Part shown: in pieces, positions 29,120 to 39,213 of the stretch
Layout: each line of letters begins with the position of its first letter
Position numbering within the stretch: the stretch's first letter is position 1
Assembly: GCA_004558185.1 (NCBI GenBank)
Contig: SFDP01000024.1
Location: 9,362-73,361 of the forward strand
Length of the DNA: 64,000 nt
Direction of reading: 5' to 3'
Source of the DNA: Lachnospiraceae bacterium
GTDB taxonomy: Bacteria > Bacillota > Clostridia > Lachnospirales > Lachnospiraceae
Notes under the pieces: generated by a model
What the model was told of the DNA's origin: nothing
What the model saw: only the letters and a program-made list of their open reading frames with translations
The model's database searches: none
Translations under genes and position numbers: made by a program

Positions 29120-31138
29120 TTAGTCTTTCTTCTGTTTTTTCCGTACAATAACCACTACTGCAATAAGAGCGATGATAACTACAAGAACCACGATGGCCGT
29201 TAAATTATTGGATTCTTCTGCCACCTCTGCTTTCGTTCCCTCTTCAGCTTCCACATTCTCTGCTTCTTCTGTTCCCGACATAGCTTCTGTTTCTTCTGCA
29301 CGCTGTGCAGCTTCCATAAGGATTCTTCCTGAACCATCGGTTGTGCTGTAATTCAGAAGAAGACCCGGATATTTTTCCAAAAGAGGAGAATTTGTTCCTT
29401 CTATCACACCACCTTCAAAGGCCTGTATATAGTTGGCAAGCACCATATAATCCTCCATGACATAATCCAGAACATTTACTGCATCATAAAACATATTGAA
29501 GCCATCACCCAGATCACGAAGGGTATAATTATAACCTGCCAGATTATATTTTGCAGTCAAGTCCAGGTCTTCATAGGCATTGGTTTCCTTGTTGTATACC
29601 TTTACATTATGTACGCGATACCCTCCCGTAGGGCTGCCAATCCATACTCCCTTGTCATCCTGCTGTGTAGATTCAGGCCACTGAGTATCTATGGAGTAAG
29701 TGATTCCGGATACCTGTAAAAATCCTCCGGATTCCTCTCCTGTTCCTGCTACCCGAGCTCCCCATTCCAGAGCATCTAAAAGCTGCTGTCCACTTACGGT
29801 TTGTAGACATGCCACATTACCAAAGGTATGAATATCCTTACATACTTTATAAGAAATATCTCCCGAAATGGCTTTATTTCGAATTCCCCCGCCATTCATT
29901 ACGGCCACATCTACATCCATATCCATGCTGTCAAACAGATAGTAGAGTGCATCTGCACAGAAGTCTCCCGTATTCGTTTCCTGAGAGCGTACCAGTCTGG
30001 TTTCTCCATCATAATTATCAAAGGTCAGTTTCGCAGAACCGATTACCGTACCCAGCTTAGCATCAATTTCAGCCAGCCATGCAGCCTTCAGCTCCTGTAC
30101 CTTTTTGTCTGCCTCATAGCCTAAGCCGGGTGCCAGTCGGGAAGAAAGTTCGTATCCTACAATTTCTGTTTCAGGTTTTCCATCATCATCAAGCACAGGT
30201 TCACCATTTTCGTCAACTACATCCTGTAAAATCTCAGATGCCTCAAGCAGCTCTGTAGAAATCTCACCGCTATCCCCATCAATTACCATTAAACCGATGG
30301 CATTAAAATAATAACCGGTCTGGGTAAGGAGAACCTCCTGCCCTTCCTTATCCTTTACCAATTTACCTTCTACCGTGCTATGGGAATGTCCATCAATAAA
30401 CGCATCCAGGCCGGAAAGACCGGATATGGTCTCTTCACTTGTCCAGGGCTTTGATGAAGGGTCGTCTCCCAGATGCCCCAGAGCAATTACCTTCGTTGCC
30501 CCCTCTGCTTTTGCCTCATCAATAGCCTTCTGTATATCCTGTTTAAGTGCTTCTCCTGTATCACCTGCACTTATACCATAAATGTAATTTCCAACCTCAT
30601 CCTGAAAGTAGGCCGGTGTAGACTTGGTAAAGGATTCCGGTGTGGTAATTCCCACAATGGCTACCGTTTCCTCCCCACAGGAAAAGAGCACATAACTGTC
30701 CAGTACATTTTTCCCTCTGACTCCATTTTCCTCCTCATAAAAATTGCAGGATACATAAGGGAATTCTGCCCATTCCACAGCATTCATACAGCCGTTCATT
30801 CCATAATCAAACTCATGGTTTCCCAGCGTAGCTAAATCATAGCCTGCGGCATTCATTAAAGAGATAACCGTTTTCCCCTTATCCATAGAACCATAAGCAG
30901 TACCCTGAATATGATCTCCTGCATCCACCAGCAAAACGTGTCCATACTCCTTTTCAAGCTGAGCTTTCAAAGAAGCAATAACGTCATAACTAAGCGGATT
31001 ATCAATGTAAGTATGTACATCATTGGTATAGAGGATTGCAATATCATTCGCAGTCCCTGCTTCGGCTGCTATAGTATCCACTGTATAAAAAGAGCACACC
31101 ATGATTATCGCAATTAAAAATGCTGCTATTTTTTTCAT
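29120..31138 (-). CDS. secreted bifunctional metallophosphatase/5'-nucleotidase with a C-terminal TM anchor
   Basis: Signal peptide MKKIAAFLIAIIMVCSF. Metallophosphoesterase motifs YTNDVH, VDAGDHIQG, GNHEFD. 5'-nucleotidase C-domain. C-terminal LTAIVVLVVIIALIAVVVIVRKKQKKD. Start set at 31138. Confidence 0.88.
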   Translation of the reverse strand: MKKIAAFLIAIIMVCSFYTVDTIAAEAGTANDIAILYTNDVHTYIDNPLSYDVIASLKAQLEKEYGHVLLVDAGDHIQGTAYGSMDKGKTVISLMNAAGYDLATLGNHEFDYGMNGCMNAVEWAEFPYVSCNFYEEENGVRGKNVLDSYVLFSCGEETVAIVGITTPESFTKSTPAYFQDEVGNYIYGISAGDTGEALKQDIQKAIDEAKAEGATKVIALGHLGDDPSSKPWTSEETISGLSGLDAFIDGHSHSTVEGKLVKDKEGQEVLLTQTGYYFNAIGLMVIDGDSGEISTELLEASEILQDVVDENGEPVLDDDGKPETEIVGYELSSRLAPGLGYEADKKVQELKAAWLAEIDAKLGTVIGSAKLTFDNYDGETRLVRSQETNTGDFCADALYYLFDSMDMDVDVAVMNGGGIRNKAISGDISYKVCKDIHTFGNVACLQTVSGQQLLDALEWGARVAGTGEESGGFLQVSGITYSIDTQWPESTQQDDKGVWIGSPTGGYRVHNVKVYNKETNAYEDLDLTAKYNLAGYNYTLRDLGDGFNMFYDAVNVLDYVMEDYMVLANYIQAFEGGVIEGTNSPLLEKYPGLLLNYSTTDGSGRILMEAAQRAEETEAMSGTEEAENVEAEEGTKAEVAEESNNLTAIVVLVVIIALIAVVVIVRKKQKKD

Positions 31139-31322
31139 CCGTATTAATCTCCTTTCTCTATTTGACTGATTCATATATAATGATACCAGGGTCAAAAGCC
31201 CCTAACTATGATACCTAGTGTAACGGTTTCTAAATAACTGCACTATTCACGCAGTATATTTTTCTGAGAGTGCAGGGCAAAAAACGTAGGCGTAGCGGGC
31301 TACGCTGAGGATTACTAGTATA

Positions 31323-31369
31323 AAAGGAGTATCATATATCTCGCTCTTCAAATCCTATGATACTCCTTT
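31323..31369 (-). terminator. probable terminator after deoB
   Basis: 14-bp perfect inverted repeat AAAGGAGTATCATA...TATGATACTCCTTT with a 19-nt loop. The minus strand has a short U run after it. Confidence 0.45.
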
Positions 31370-31398
31370 ACTGCTCAATCAGATACTATGGACATGAC

Positions 31399-32589
31399 TT
31401 AATCCAGAGCTTCTAAAATCGAATTTCCAATCGTTCCTTCCGGCATTTTTACCCCAAAGTTATCAGCAATCGTCGCTCCTATAACGGCGAAGCTGTCCGT
31501 TTCCGAAAGCTGTCCGCAGCCCTTAAGGGATTTGGAATAGGCCAGGAAAGGTACCTTCTCTCTGGTATGATCGGTTCCGGTGTAGGTGGGGTCGTTTCCA
31601 TGATCCGCACTGATGATTAAAAGATCATCTTCCCTTAACGCTCCCAGGAAGTCTCCCAGCTTCTCATCGAACTTTTCAATCTCTTTTGCATAGCCTTCAG
31701 GGTTTCTTCTATGTCCCCAAAGGGCATCAAAGTCTACCAGATTAACGAAGCAAAGACCGGTAAAATCTTTTCCTGCTATTTCAATGGTCTGCTCCATACC
31801 ATGTACGGAGGACTGTGATTTATAAGCCTCAGTGATTCCCTCTCCATCAAAAATATCTTTGATTTTTCCTACAGAGATCACATCGAAGCCATTCTCTTTC
31901 AGGGCATCCATTGCGGTTTTCCCAAAAGGCTTGAGGGCATAATCGTGGCGATTGCTGGTTCGCCTAAACTCCCCTTTTTTCTTGCCCACATAGGGTCTTG
32001 CAATGACACGGCCAACCTTCCATTCATCCTTCATGGTGATTTCTCTTGCGATTTCGCAGCAGCGGTATAATTCCTCAAGTCCAAAGGTTTCCTCATTTCC
32101 GCATATCTGCAGGACAGAATCCGCAGAGGTATATACAATCATATGACCGGTAGCGATTTCTTCCTCTGCCAGCTCATCCAGAATTTCGGTTCCGCTGGCA
32201 CTCTTGTTGCCGATAACAGTCCTTCCTGTTCTTTCCTCCAGTTCCCTGATCAGCTCCGGGGGAAAACCGGTATCGGTAAAGGTCTGAAAGGGAGTGGTAA
32301 CCTCCAGTCCCATCATCTCCCAGTGACCGGTCATGGTATCCTTTCCCTTACTCTTCTCCTTCATCTTCGTGTAATAGCCCAGGGGCTTATCCACTGCTGC
32401 CACCTGCTTTAAGGGAATGATATTGGCCAGCCCCAGCTTCTGCAGGTTGGGAATGACCAGATTTTCTACCGCTTCGGAAATATGACCCAGAGTATTTACT
32501 CCCACATCTCCAAAATCTGCAGAATCGGGCATTTCACCCACCCCCAGGGAATCTACTACAACAACAAAAATACGATTAAATTTTGGCAT
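31399..32589 (-). CDS. deoB: phosphopentomutase
   Basis: 396 aa. [26 protein letters not shown] and [10 protein letters not shown] are DeoB signatures. Confidence 0.95.
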   Translation of the reverse strand: MPKFNRIFVVVVDSLGVGEMPDSADFGDVGVNTLGHISEAVENLVIPNLQKLGLANIIPLKQVAAVDKPLGYYTKMKEKSKGKDTMTGHWEMMGLEVTTPFQTFTDTGFPPELIRELEERTGRTVIGNKSASGTEILDELAEEEIATGHMIVYTSADSVLQICGNEETFGLEELYRCCEIAREITMKDEWKVGRVIARPYVGKKKGEFRRTSNRHDYALKPFGKTAMDALKENGFDVISVGKIKDIFDGEGITEAYKSQSSVHGMEQTIEIAGKDFTGLCFVNLVDFDALWGHRRNPEGYAKEIEKFDEKLGDFLGALREDDLLIISADHGNDPTYTGTDHTREKVPFLAYSKSLKGCGQLSETDSFAVIGATIADNFGVKMPEGTIGNSILEALD

Positions 32590-32617
32590 AACACCGATTA
32601 CCTTTCTAAAATCTTAT

Positions 32618-33286
32618 CTAATACCCATTCGCTTCCTCATTCTTCATGAGCTTAATAATCCGGCTGGTTCCCAGGCGGTCTGCTCCCAGTTCAAGAAATT
32701 TTTCTGCATCCTCTAATGAAGCTATTCCACCTGCTGCTTTAATCTTTACCCCCGCACCGACATGAGCAGCAAAAAGCTCAATATCCTTAAAGGTTGCTCC
32801 TGCAGTGGAAAATCCGGTTGAGGTTTTAATGTAGTCGGCACCTGCTGCAGTCACAATTTCGCACATCTTCACCTTCTCTGCTTCATCCAGCAGACAGGTT
32901 TCAATGATGACCTTTAATAGATTATCTCCACAGGCTTTTTTTAACAGCCGGATTTCCTCCTCAATCAAATCATATTTTTTGTCCTTCAGCCAGCCTATAT
33001 TGATAACCATATCAATTTCTTTGGCGCCGTTGGCAAGAGCATCCTTCGTCTCAAACTCCTTTACCGCCGTAGTCATATAGCCATTGGGGAAGCCAATAAC
33101 CGTACATACGGTCATCCTGTCCTGTACATACTCCTTGGCCTGTTTAACAAAGCTGGGTGGAATACATATGCTTGCAGTCCCATAGGCAATGGCATCATCG
33201 CAAATCTGTTTGATTTCCTCCCAGGTAGCCGTCTGGGTAAGCAGAGTATGATCCACGTGCTTTACTATCTCTTTCTTATCCATCAT
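32618..33286 (-). CDS. deoC: deoxyribose-phosphate aldolase
   Basis: 222 aa. VDHTLL..., [10 protein letters not shown] and YIKTSTGF (Schiff-base Lys) are typical of DeoC. Confidence 0.93.
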   Translation of the reverse strand: MMDKKEIVKHVDHTLLTQTATWEEIKQICDDAIAYGTASICIPPSFVKQAKEYVQDRMTVCTVIGFPNGYMTTAVKEFETKDALANGAKEIDMVINIGWLKDKKYDLIEEEIRLLKKACGDNLLKVIIETCLLDEAEKVKMCEIVTAAGADYIKTSTGFSTAGATFKDIELFAAHVGAGVKIKAAGGIASLEDAEKFLELGADRLGTSRIIKLMKNEEANGY

Positions 33287-33295
33287 AATCCCTCC

Positions 33296-34003
33296 TTACG
33301 CCAGTTCCAACGCAACTTCCATCATTTTTCCAAAGCCGATCTGACGTTCCTCGGCACTTAGGGCTTCATCACGATAAATATGATCAGAGACAGTGAGTAT
33401 ACAGAGCGCTTTCTTTCCGGCCTTTGCCGCATTCATGTAAAGAGCCGCTGCTTCCATCTCCACTGCCAATACTCCCATGCTTCTCCACAAATCATTGGCA
33501 TTTTTATTAGCATTATAAAAAACGTCTGAGGAAAGTACATTACCCACAACTACCTTTGTTCCCTGTGCCTTGGCAACATCTACAGCCTTTCTTAACAGAC
33601 CGTAATCTGCAATGGGCGCATAGGTCCCCGGCAGTCCATACTGCTCAGCAAAGCGGGAATCTGTACAGGCTCCCATCCCGATAATTACATCCATGACATT
33701 TACCTCATCCTGCAGCGCACCGGCAGAACCGATTCGAATAATCTGTTCGACTCCATAGAAATTGAATAATTCGTAGGAGTAAATACCAATGGATGGCATT
33801 CCCATGCCGCCTCCCATTACGGAGATCTCTCTTCCTTTATAGGTTCCGGTAAACCCCAGCATATTTCTTACCGAAGTAACCTGCCTGGCATTTTCCAGAT
33901 AGGTTTCCGCAATATATTTTGCCCGCAAAGGGTCTCCCGGCATTAATACTGTTTTTGCAAAATCACCTTCTTTTGCTGCGATATGTGGTGTAGGTATTGA
34001 CAT
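33296..34003 (-). CDS. deoD: purine nucleoside phosphorylase, DeoD (hexameric PNP/UDP-1) type
   Basis: MSIPTPHIAAKEGDFAKTVLMPGDPLRAKYIAE..., GMGMPSIGIYSYEL, AVEMEAAALY. Start at 34003 with RBS AGGAGG. Confidence 0.93.
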   Translation of the reverse strand: MSIPTPHIAAKEGDFAKTVLMPGDPLRAKYIAETYLENARQVTSVRNMLGFTGTYKGREISVMGGGMGMPSIGIYSYELFNFYGVEQIIRIGSAGALQDEVNVMDVIIGMGACTDSRFAEQYGLPGTYAPIADYGLLRKAVDVAKAQGTKVVVGNVLSSDVFYNANKNANDLWRSMGVLAVEMEAAALYMNAAKAGKKALCILTVSDHIYRDEALSAEERQIGFGKMMEVALELA

Positions 34004-34035
34004 AACGAATCCTCCTATACATTCTTCCATATTAT

Positions 34036-34190
34036 TTTCTGTAATTATTCAGAACCCCATTCGCAAAATCGCTGCTTGGCAGCTTTTCTTTTGCTCATGT
34101 GGCTACTTCGCCATATAAATTTACGATTCTGTTTGAATGCAAGCATTCACAGAATGTAAATTTGCATGGCCCTGAATAGTTACATTTTTC
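34036..34190 (-). promoter_or_regulatory. conserved structured 5' leader, copy A (candidate riboswitch or attenuator upstream of deoD)
   Basis: By hand alignment there are only 2 differences over ~75 nt against 44245..44319. A 12-bp closing helix pairs 34172..34183 with 34041..34052 (one C-A mismatch). The internal hairpin at 34121..34160 differs in sequence from copy B but keeps its pairing and the GCUUGC apex. Confidence 0.55.
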
Positions 34191-34791
34191 TTAATAGTCC
34201 TGCAAAATACTGGATACAGGGACCTGCCGTCAGAGCCGTAACTATAGTTACCATTCCTGCCCTTCCACCTAACGACCAGCCAAGAATAATCATGACAAAG
34301 TCAAAAATCATTTTCACCGTTCGAAACTCTTTCCCGGTTTTTTCGGCAAGAAGCAGAACCACTCCCGTAAAAGGGTCTACCCCGATATCCATCGTAATGA
34401 ACATAGCCACCCCAAGATAGAGCAGAAAACAGCCTGCAGCGGAAAAAGCGATCTGTGTTCCCGGCCCCTCTGCCTTCACCAGTATTTCATATAGTTTATT
34501 TCCAATATTAATACACATCCCGTAGGGAACAAAATAAACCAGAGTTCCCACACTGACGTATTTTCTTCCGGCAAAAAGCAGCAAAACAAGAATACCGCCG
34601 TTTACCGCATTGGATACCCAGCCAAGCTGCGACTGGCTCAGTCCAAAAAACACACGAATCCCGTCATAAACGATGCCCACCGAATCGTTGCCAAGACCTG
34701 TGCAATTATTAAAGGCCACTCCGATCCCAATCAGAAGAACTCCTACCAGAGCTGCCAGAATGGCGGAAAAAGAAATTTTTCCTTCTTCCAT
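34180..34791 (-). CDS. YczE-like polytopic membrane protein (putative transporter)
   Basis: 203 aa with about 6 TM helices. AFNNCTGLGNDSV and MDIGVDPFTG resemble the YczE/DUF6198 pattern as I remember it. Sits between the ABC permease gene and deoD. Confidence 0.4.
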   Translation of the reverse strand: MEEGKISFSAILAALVGVLLIGIGVAFNNCTGLGNDSVGIVYDGIRVFFGLSQSQLGWVSNAVNGGILVLLLFAGRKYVSVGTLVYFVPYGMCINIGNKLYEILVKAEGPGTQIAFSAAGCFLLYLGVAMFITMDIGVDPFTGVVLLLAEKTGKEFRTVKMIFDFVMIILGWSLGGRAGMVTIVTALTAGPCIQYFAGLLRKM

Positions 34792-34800
34792 TGTATTCCT

Positions 34801-35733
34801 TTATTTGGACCTTTCAAAAATTTTTCCGTTTGCCGCAGGAGTATGTCCTTTACCTACAAACAGAATTAGCGCTGCCAACGTGACAAGATAAGGAAGCATG
34901 GAAATCAGGTTTGGTGAGATAACGTTGGACATACTGATAATTGATTTTACCCCGCTGCAGAAGCCAAAAAGCAGACAGGCCTTCATGGCTCCTCCGGGAG
35001 AGAACTTTCCGAAGATTACGGCTGCAATGGCAATAAAGCCCTGCCCTACAATCACGCTGGGTCTAAACTGATTAATGGTTGCCAGGGTAACGAAGGCTCC
35101 CCCCAACCCTGCCATAAAGCCGGACAGGATCACACAGATATAGCGTACCAGATACACATTGATCCCCAGAGATTCACAGGCCTCGGGGTGTTCCCCTACC
35201 GCACGTAAATGGGTACCGAATTTGGTTTTGTAAAAGACAAACGATGCAATAGCTGCAAAAACAAAAACCAGATAAGCTACTGTATATACATTCAATACAT
35301 TACCTAAAAAGGAACCGGCTTCAAAAAAGCCTTCGAACATTTTGGGCAGCTTATTGGCCGAATTTAACGGCGGTGTATCCGATGAGCTGAAGATTGCTTT
35401 AGACAAAAACAATGCAAGCCCCGGACCGATGAAATTGATTGCCGTACCGGCAATGGTCTGGTCTGCATGAAACTGAATACAGACAATCGCATGAATCACA
35501 GCCAGTAACGCACCGGCCAGACCACCCAGAAGCCAGGCCACCCAGCCGTTTCCCACCACAAGTCCGGTTGCAGCACCTACGAAGGCACCAATGGTCATCA
35601 TTCCTTCAATTCCCAGATTAACCACACCGCTTCGCTCAGAAAAGCAGGAGCCAAGAGCAGCCAATAATAAGGGTGGGGTTGCTACCAGTGTAGCATTAAT
35701 TAAAAGACCTAAATTGCTGACCAATCCATCCAT
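34801..35733 (-). CDS. BMP-family (nucleoside) ABC transporter permease
   Basis: 310-aa polytopic protein. ...RSGVVNLGIEGMM... is typical of the branched-chain/ribose-type permease fold used by NupQ/RnsD-like proteins. Confidence 0.8.
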   Translation of the reverse strand: MDGLVSNLGLLINATLVATPPLLLAALGSCFSERSGVVNLGIEGMMTIGAFVGAATGLVVGNGWVAWLLGGLAGALLAVIHAIVCIQFHADQTIAGTAINFIGPGLALFLSKAIFSSSDTPPLNSANKLPKMFEGFFEAGSFLGNVLNVYTVAYLVFVFAAIASFVFYKTKFGTHLRAVGEHPEACESLGINVYLVRYICVILSGFMAGLGGAFVTLATINQFRPSVIVGQGFIAIAAVIFGKFSPGGAMKACLLFGFCSGVKSIISMSNVISPNLISMLPYLVTLAALILFVGKGHTPAANGKIFERSK

Positions 35734-36801
35734 CTATTTTGCCTCCTTTCTCTTAGCCATTCTAATAAACATTCTTTTAAATACCTGGGAAATGGCAATA
35801 AAGATAATGACACATCCCATAATAATATCGATCACTTCCTCCGGCGCTCCCACTATGGTCAGCTTGGAGCCTCCATATTTCATTGCTCCGTAGAATATAC
35901 CGGAAAAAATACAGCCAATAGGATTGGAGCCTGCAATCAGTGCCACTGTAATTCCCTCGAAGCCGTAGCCTTCCTGTCCGGCAAACTGACTGATACGTCC
36001 TCCCATACCCAATACCTGTACCGCACCGCCTATACCGGCCAGGGCACCAGAGATTCCCAAAGCTGTAAGGATGGATTTATTGGCATTGATACCGCCGAAG
36101 GTGGCTGCTTCTTTATTAAACCCAACTGCCTTCAGCTTGTAACCAAGAGTGGTTTTTTCAATAATTACCCAGATACCGACAGCTACAACCACTGCAAGAA
36201 GGAAGCCCCAATTGGCCCCATTGCAGTTAAGCGCCTTGAGCATTCCTTCCGGAAGGAGCAATCTGGCAGAATCCAGTACATTTTTAGTCGCCTCTCCGCT
36301 CCCCTCCTTATGCAGGGCATCTGTATTTACCATATAATTGGACAGATAAAAGGCCAGCCAGTTGAACATAATGTAAGATAAAACCTCATGAATTCCCCGC
36401 TTTACCTTCATCAGCCCCACCAGATAGGACCAGAAAAAGCCGGCTGCGGCTGCTGCCAGAATACACAGCGGTGCATGAATGATTGGAGGCAGTTTGACCA
36501 GAATACCTACTGCACAGGCAGCCAGCGCCCCTACCACGAACTGTCCCTCTGCACCGATATTGAACACACCCGTTCTCAGGGAAAAGGCTACGCTTAAGCC
36601 GGTAAAAATCAAAGGACTGGCATATACCAATGTCCAGATCATATATTTGGGTTTCCCGATAACACCATCAATCAATTTTCCATAGGCTACTGAGGGACTG
36701 ATTCCCGCCACTGCCAGGAAAATAGCTCCAATAATAAATCCGATAACGATGGCGATCAGTGTATACAGCACATTTACTTCCAGAATACTCTTCTTTTTCA
36801 T
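35734..36801 (-). CDS. BMP-family (nucleoside) ABC transporter permease
   Basis: 355-aa polytopic protein. ...RTGVFNIGAEGQF... (NupP/RnsC-like). Abuts the next permease gene and overlaps the ATPase gene by 4 nt. Confidence 0.8.
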   Translation of the reverse strand: MKKKSILEVNVLYTLIAIVIGFIIGAIFLAVAGISPSVAYGKLIDGVIGKPKYMIWTLVYASPLIFTGLSVAFSLRTGVFNIGAEGQFVVGALAACAVGILVKLPPIIHAPLCILAAAAAGFFWSYLVGLMKVKRGIHEVLSYIMFNWLAFYLSNYMVNTDALHKEGSGEATKNVLDSARLLLPEGMLKALNCNGANWGFLLAVVVAVGIWVIIEKTTLGYKLKAVGFNKEAATFGGINANKSILTALGISGALAGIGGAVQVLGMGGRISQFAGQEGYGFEGITVALIAGSNPIGCIFSGIFYGAMKYGGSKLTIVGAPEEVIDIIMGCVIIFIAISQVFKRMFIRMAKRKEAK

Positions 36802-38354
36802 GTCCGTTTACCTCCTGCCATTAAGAAGCCAAGCTCCTTCTCATCCGTTTTCTTACTTACAATTTCTTCTCTGGATACCGTACCTGTTATTTTCCCTTCG
36901 GAAATAACCATAATACGGTCAGATAAGCTCATGATCTCATCCAGCTCAAAGGATACCAATAGAACCGCACGATTCCTGTTTCTTTGCTCCACCAGATATT
37001 TGTGCACAAATTCAATGGCGCCTACATCCAGTCCACGGGTAGGGTTTACTGCAATCAGAAGCTCCTTATCATTGGTAATTTCTCTGGCAATGATTACCTT
37101 TTGCTGATTGCCGCCGGACAAAGTTGCTGCGGGCCGCCCCTCTGTTCCTCTGGGGCGGATATCGAACTTCTCCATCAGGGCGGTTGCATTCTGCCTGATT
37201 GCCTTTCGATTCAAAAATCCCTTATGGGCATAGGGCTCTTCATTAAAGTGCTGCAGAATCATATTGTCCTCATTGGAAAACTCCAAAACCAGACCATGCT
37301 TATGCCGGTCGGCAGGTATACTGGAAATTCCTGCATCAAAGGTTTCCTTGGGGGTACGATTGAAGACATCCCTGCCCATGACCCTTATCTCTCCTGATTC
37401 AGCCTTTCTCAAACCCGTAAGAATCTCTACCAGCTCTGTCTGACCGTTTCCATCGACACCTGCAAGTCCTACAATTTCTCCCTTACGCACATCCAGATCC
37501 AATCCGTTGAGTACCTCTACTCCCCGATAATCTTTGGCACGAATATTCTTTACCTCAAGAACGATCTCACCCGGTTCCTGTTCCTTTTTTTCTACCTTGA
37601 AGTTTACATCCCGGCCTACCATCATGGCGGCAAGATCATTCTCACTTATTCCCTCAACATCTACCGTATCAATATATTTTCCCTGGCGAATGATGGTACA
37701 GCGGTCAGAGGAAGCAGTGATTTCCTTCAGCTTATGAGTAATTAAAATGATGCTTTTCCCATCTGCTGTCAGATTCTCGATAATGGTCAGCAATCCTTCT
37801 ATTTCCTGTGGAGTAAGAGATGCGGTGGGCTCGTCAAGAATCAGCACATCTGCTCCCCGATAGAGTACCTTTAGAATTTCCACCCTCTGCTGCATACCTA
37901 CAGAAATATCTTCAATCTTTGCTTCCGGATCAATACTCATGTGATAGCGTTCAGACAGCTCCAGAATCCTTTTTCTGGCCGTATCCCGGTCTACAACCAG
38001 GCCTTTCACCGGCTCCATACCCAAAATAATATTGTCCAATACGGTAAACGGCTGGATCAGCATAAAGTGCTGGTGAACCATACCTATTCCAATGTCAATG
38101 GCATCCTTCGGACTGTTAAAGCTCACCTGCTTTCCATTGATGAAAATCTGCCCCTGGGTAGGCTTGTACAATCCGCACAGGACATTCATCAGCGTACTCT
38201 TACCTGCACCGTTTTCTCCCAGAACAGCATGGACTTCCCCTTTATGCACGACCAACTGAATATGATCATTTGCCGTAAAGTCACCGAATTTCTTCACAAT
38301 GTCCTTCATTTCAATCACAACCGCACTTTTGTCCATGTGACTTACTCTTCCCAA
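36798..38354 (-). CDS. nucleoside/sugar-type ABC transporter ATPase (two fused ABC domains)
   Basis: Walker A GENGAGKST. The second domain has GVDGNGQTE and LSGGNQQK. The TTG start at 38354 has AGGAGG 8 nt upstream; an alternative ATG lies at 38336. Confidence 0.88.
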   Translation of the reverse strand: MGRVSHMDKSAVVIEMKDIVKKFGDFTANDHIQLVVHKGEVHAVLGENGAGKSTLMNVLCGLYKPTQGQIFINGKQVSFNSPKDAIDIGIGMVHQHFMLIQPFTVLDNIILGMEPVKGLVVDRDTARKRILELSERYHMSIDPEAKIEDISVGMQQRVEILKVLYRGADVLILDEPTASLTPQEIEGLLTIIENLTADGKSIILITHKLKEITASSDRCTIIRQGKYIDTVDVEGISENDLAAMMVGRDVNFKVEKKEQEPGEIVLEVKNIRAKDYRGVEVLNGLDLDVRKGEIVGLAGVDGNGQTELVEILTGLRKAESGEIRVMGRDVFNRTPKETFDAGISSIPADRHKHGLVLEFSNEDNMILQHFNEEPYAHKGFLNRKAIRQNATALMEKFDIRPRGTEGRPAATLSGGNQQKVIIAREITNDKELLIAVNPTRGLDVGAIEFVHKYLVEQRNRNRAVLLVSFELDEIMSLSDRIMVISEGKITGTVSREEIVSKKTDEKELGFLMAGGKRT

Positions 38355-38370
38355 AATTCCCGCCTCCTTT

Positions 38371-39213
38371 TCATATCATGACTATTTTTCTATATCCCTT
38401 CGCCCTGATCAGTTCCGCCAGCTCCTCTAAAAAATCCGGTGAGGGAATCTGATAGCCTGAATACTCCTTTCGAACGCCCATCGGCCGGTAGGCAATGAGC
38501 TTTATTCTTATGTCCTCTCTTGCTTTGCAGTCTGAAAGCAAGTCAGCAATGTGGCTCACACTCTCTCTTGCATCATACAAGTCCTGTACAACTACCACAC
38601 GTATCTCTTCCAGCTTACCCTCTGCCAAAAGAAAACGTACATTTTCCAACACCGTTTCATTGGAGAATCCCGTAATCCTTTCATGATCTGTCCGGTCAAA
38701 GGCTTTTATGTCCAGCATTACCCCGTCTGTTACCCGCAGCAGCTCCGGGTACTGACAAAAGGGAATAGTTCCGTTACTGTCAATCAGGGTTCCCAGGCCA
38801 GCCTGCGCAGCAAGAGTAAACAATTCGAGCAGAAACTCAGGATAGAGCATACATTCTCCTCCGGAAACGGTTACTCCGCGAATAAAGGGAATCTGATGCT
38901 TTACCACTTCGTATACCTCTTTTGCCGTCATTTCTCTTACCTTGGGTGAACTGCTGTGTGGGCAGACCCTGATGCAGGTATCGCAAAGCAGACATTTTTC
39001 CGAATGAAAATTTACTTTTTTATTCCTGTCAAATGTCAGGGCTTTGGCAGGACACTGGCTTACACAAATACCGCAGTTTTCACAAACCACCCTGGTTTCC
39101 GGATTATGGCAGTATTTACAGTTAAGGTTACAGCCCTGTAAAAATACGGCTGTTCGGTTACCCGGTCCATCTACGCTGCTAAAGGGAATGATCCGATTTA
39201 CTATAGCCTTCAT
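38371..39213 (-). CDS. yjjW: glycyl-radical enzyme activating protein (radical SAM, YjjW-like)
   Basis: GPGNRTAVFLQGCNLNCKYCHNPE (CX3CX2C), plus two ferredoxin-type clusters CENCGICVSQCP and CLLCDTCIRVCP. The start codon overlaps the GRE stop (ATGA). Confidence 0.85.
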   Translation of the reverse strand: MKAIVNRIIPFSSVDGPGNRTAVFLQGCNLNCKYCHNPETRVVCENCGICVSQCPAKALTFDRNKKVNFHSEKCLLCDTCIRVCPHSSSPKVREMTAKEVYEVVKHQIPFIRGVTVSGGECMLYPEFLLELFTLAAQAGLGTLIDSNGTIPFCQYPELLRVTDGVMLDIKAFDRTDHERITGFSNETVLENVRFLLAEGKLEEIRVVVVQDLYDARESVSHIADLLSDCKAREDIRIKLIAYRPMGVRKEYSGYQIPSPDFLEELAELIRAKGYRKIVMI

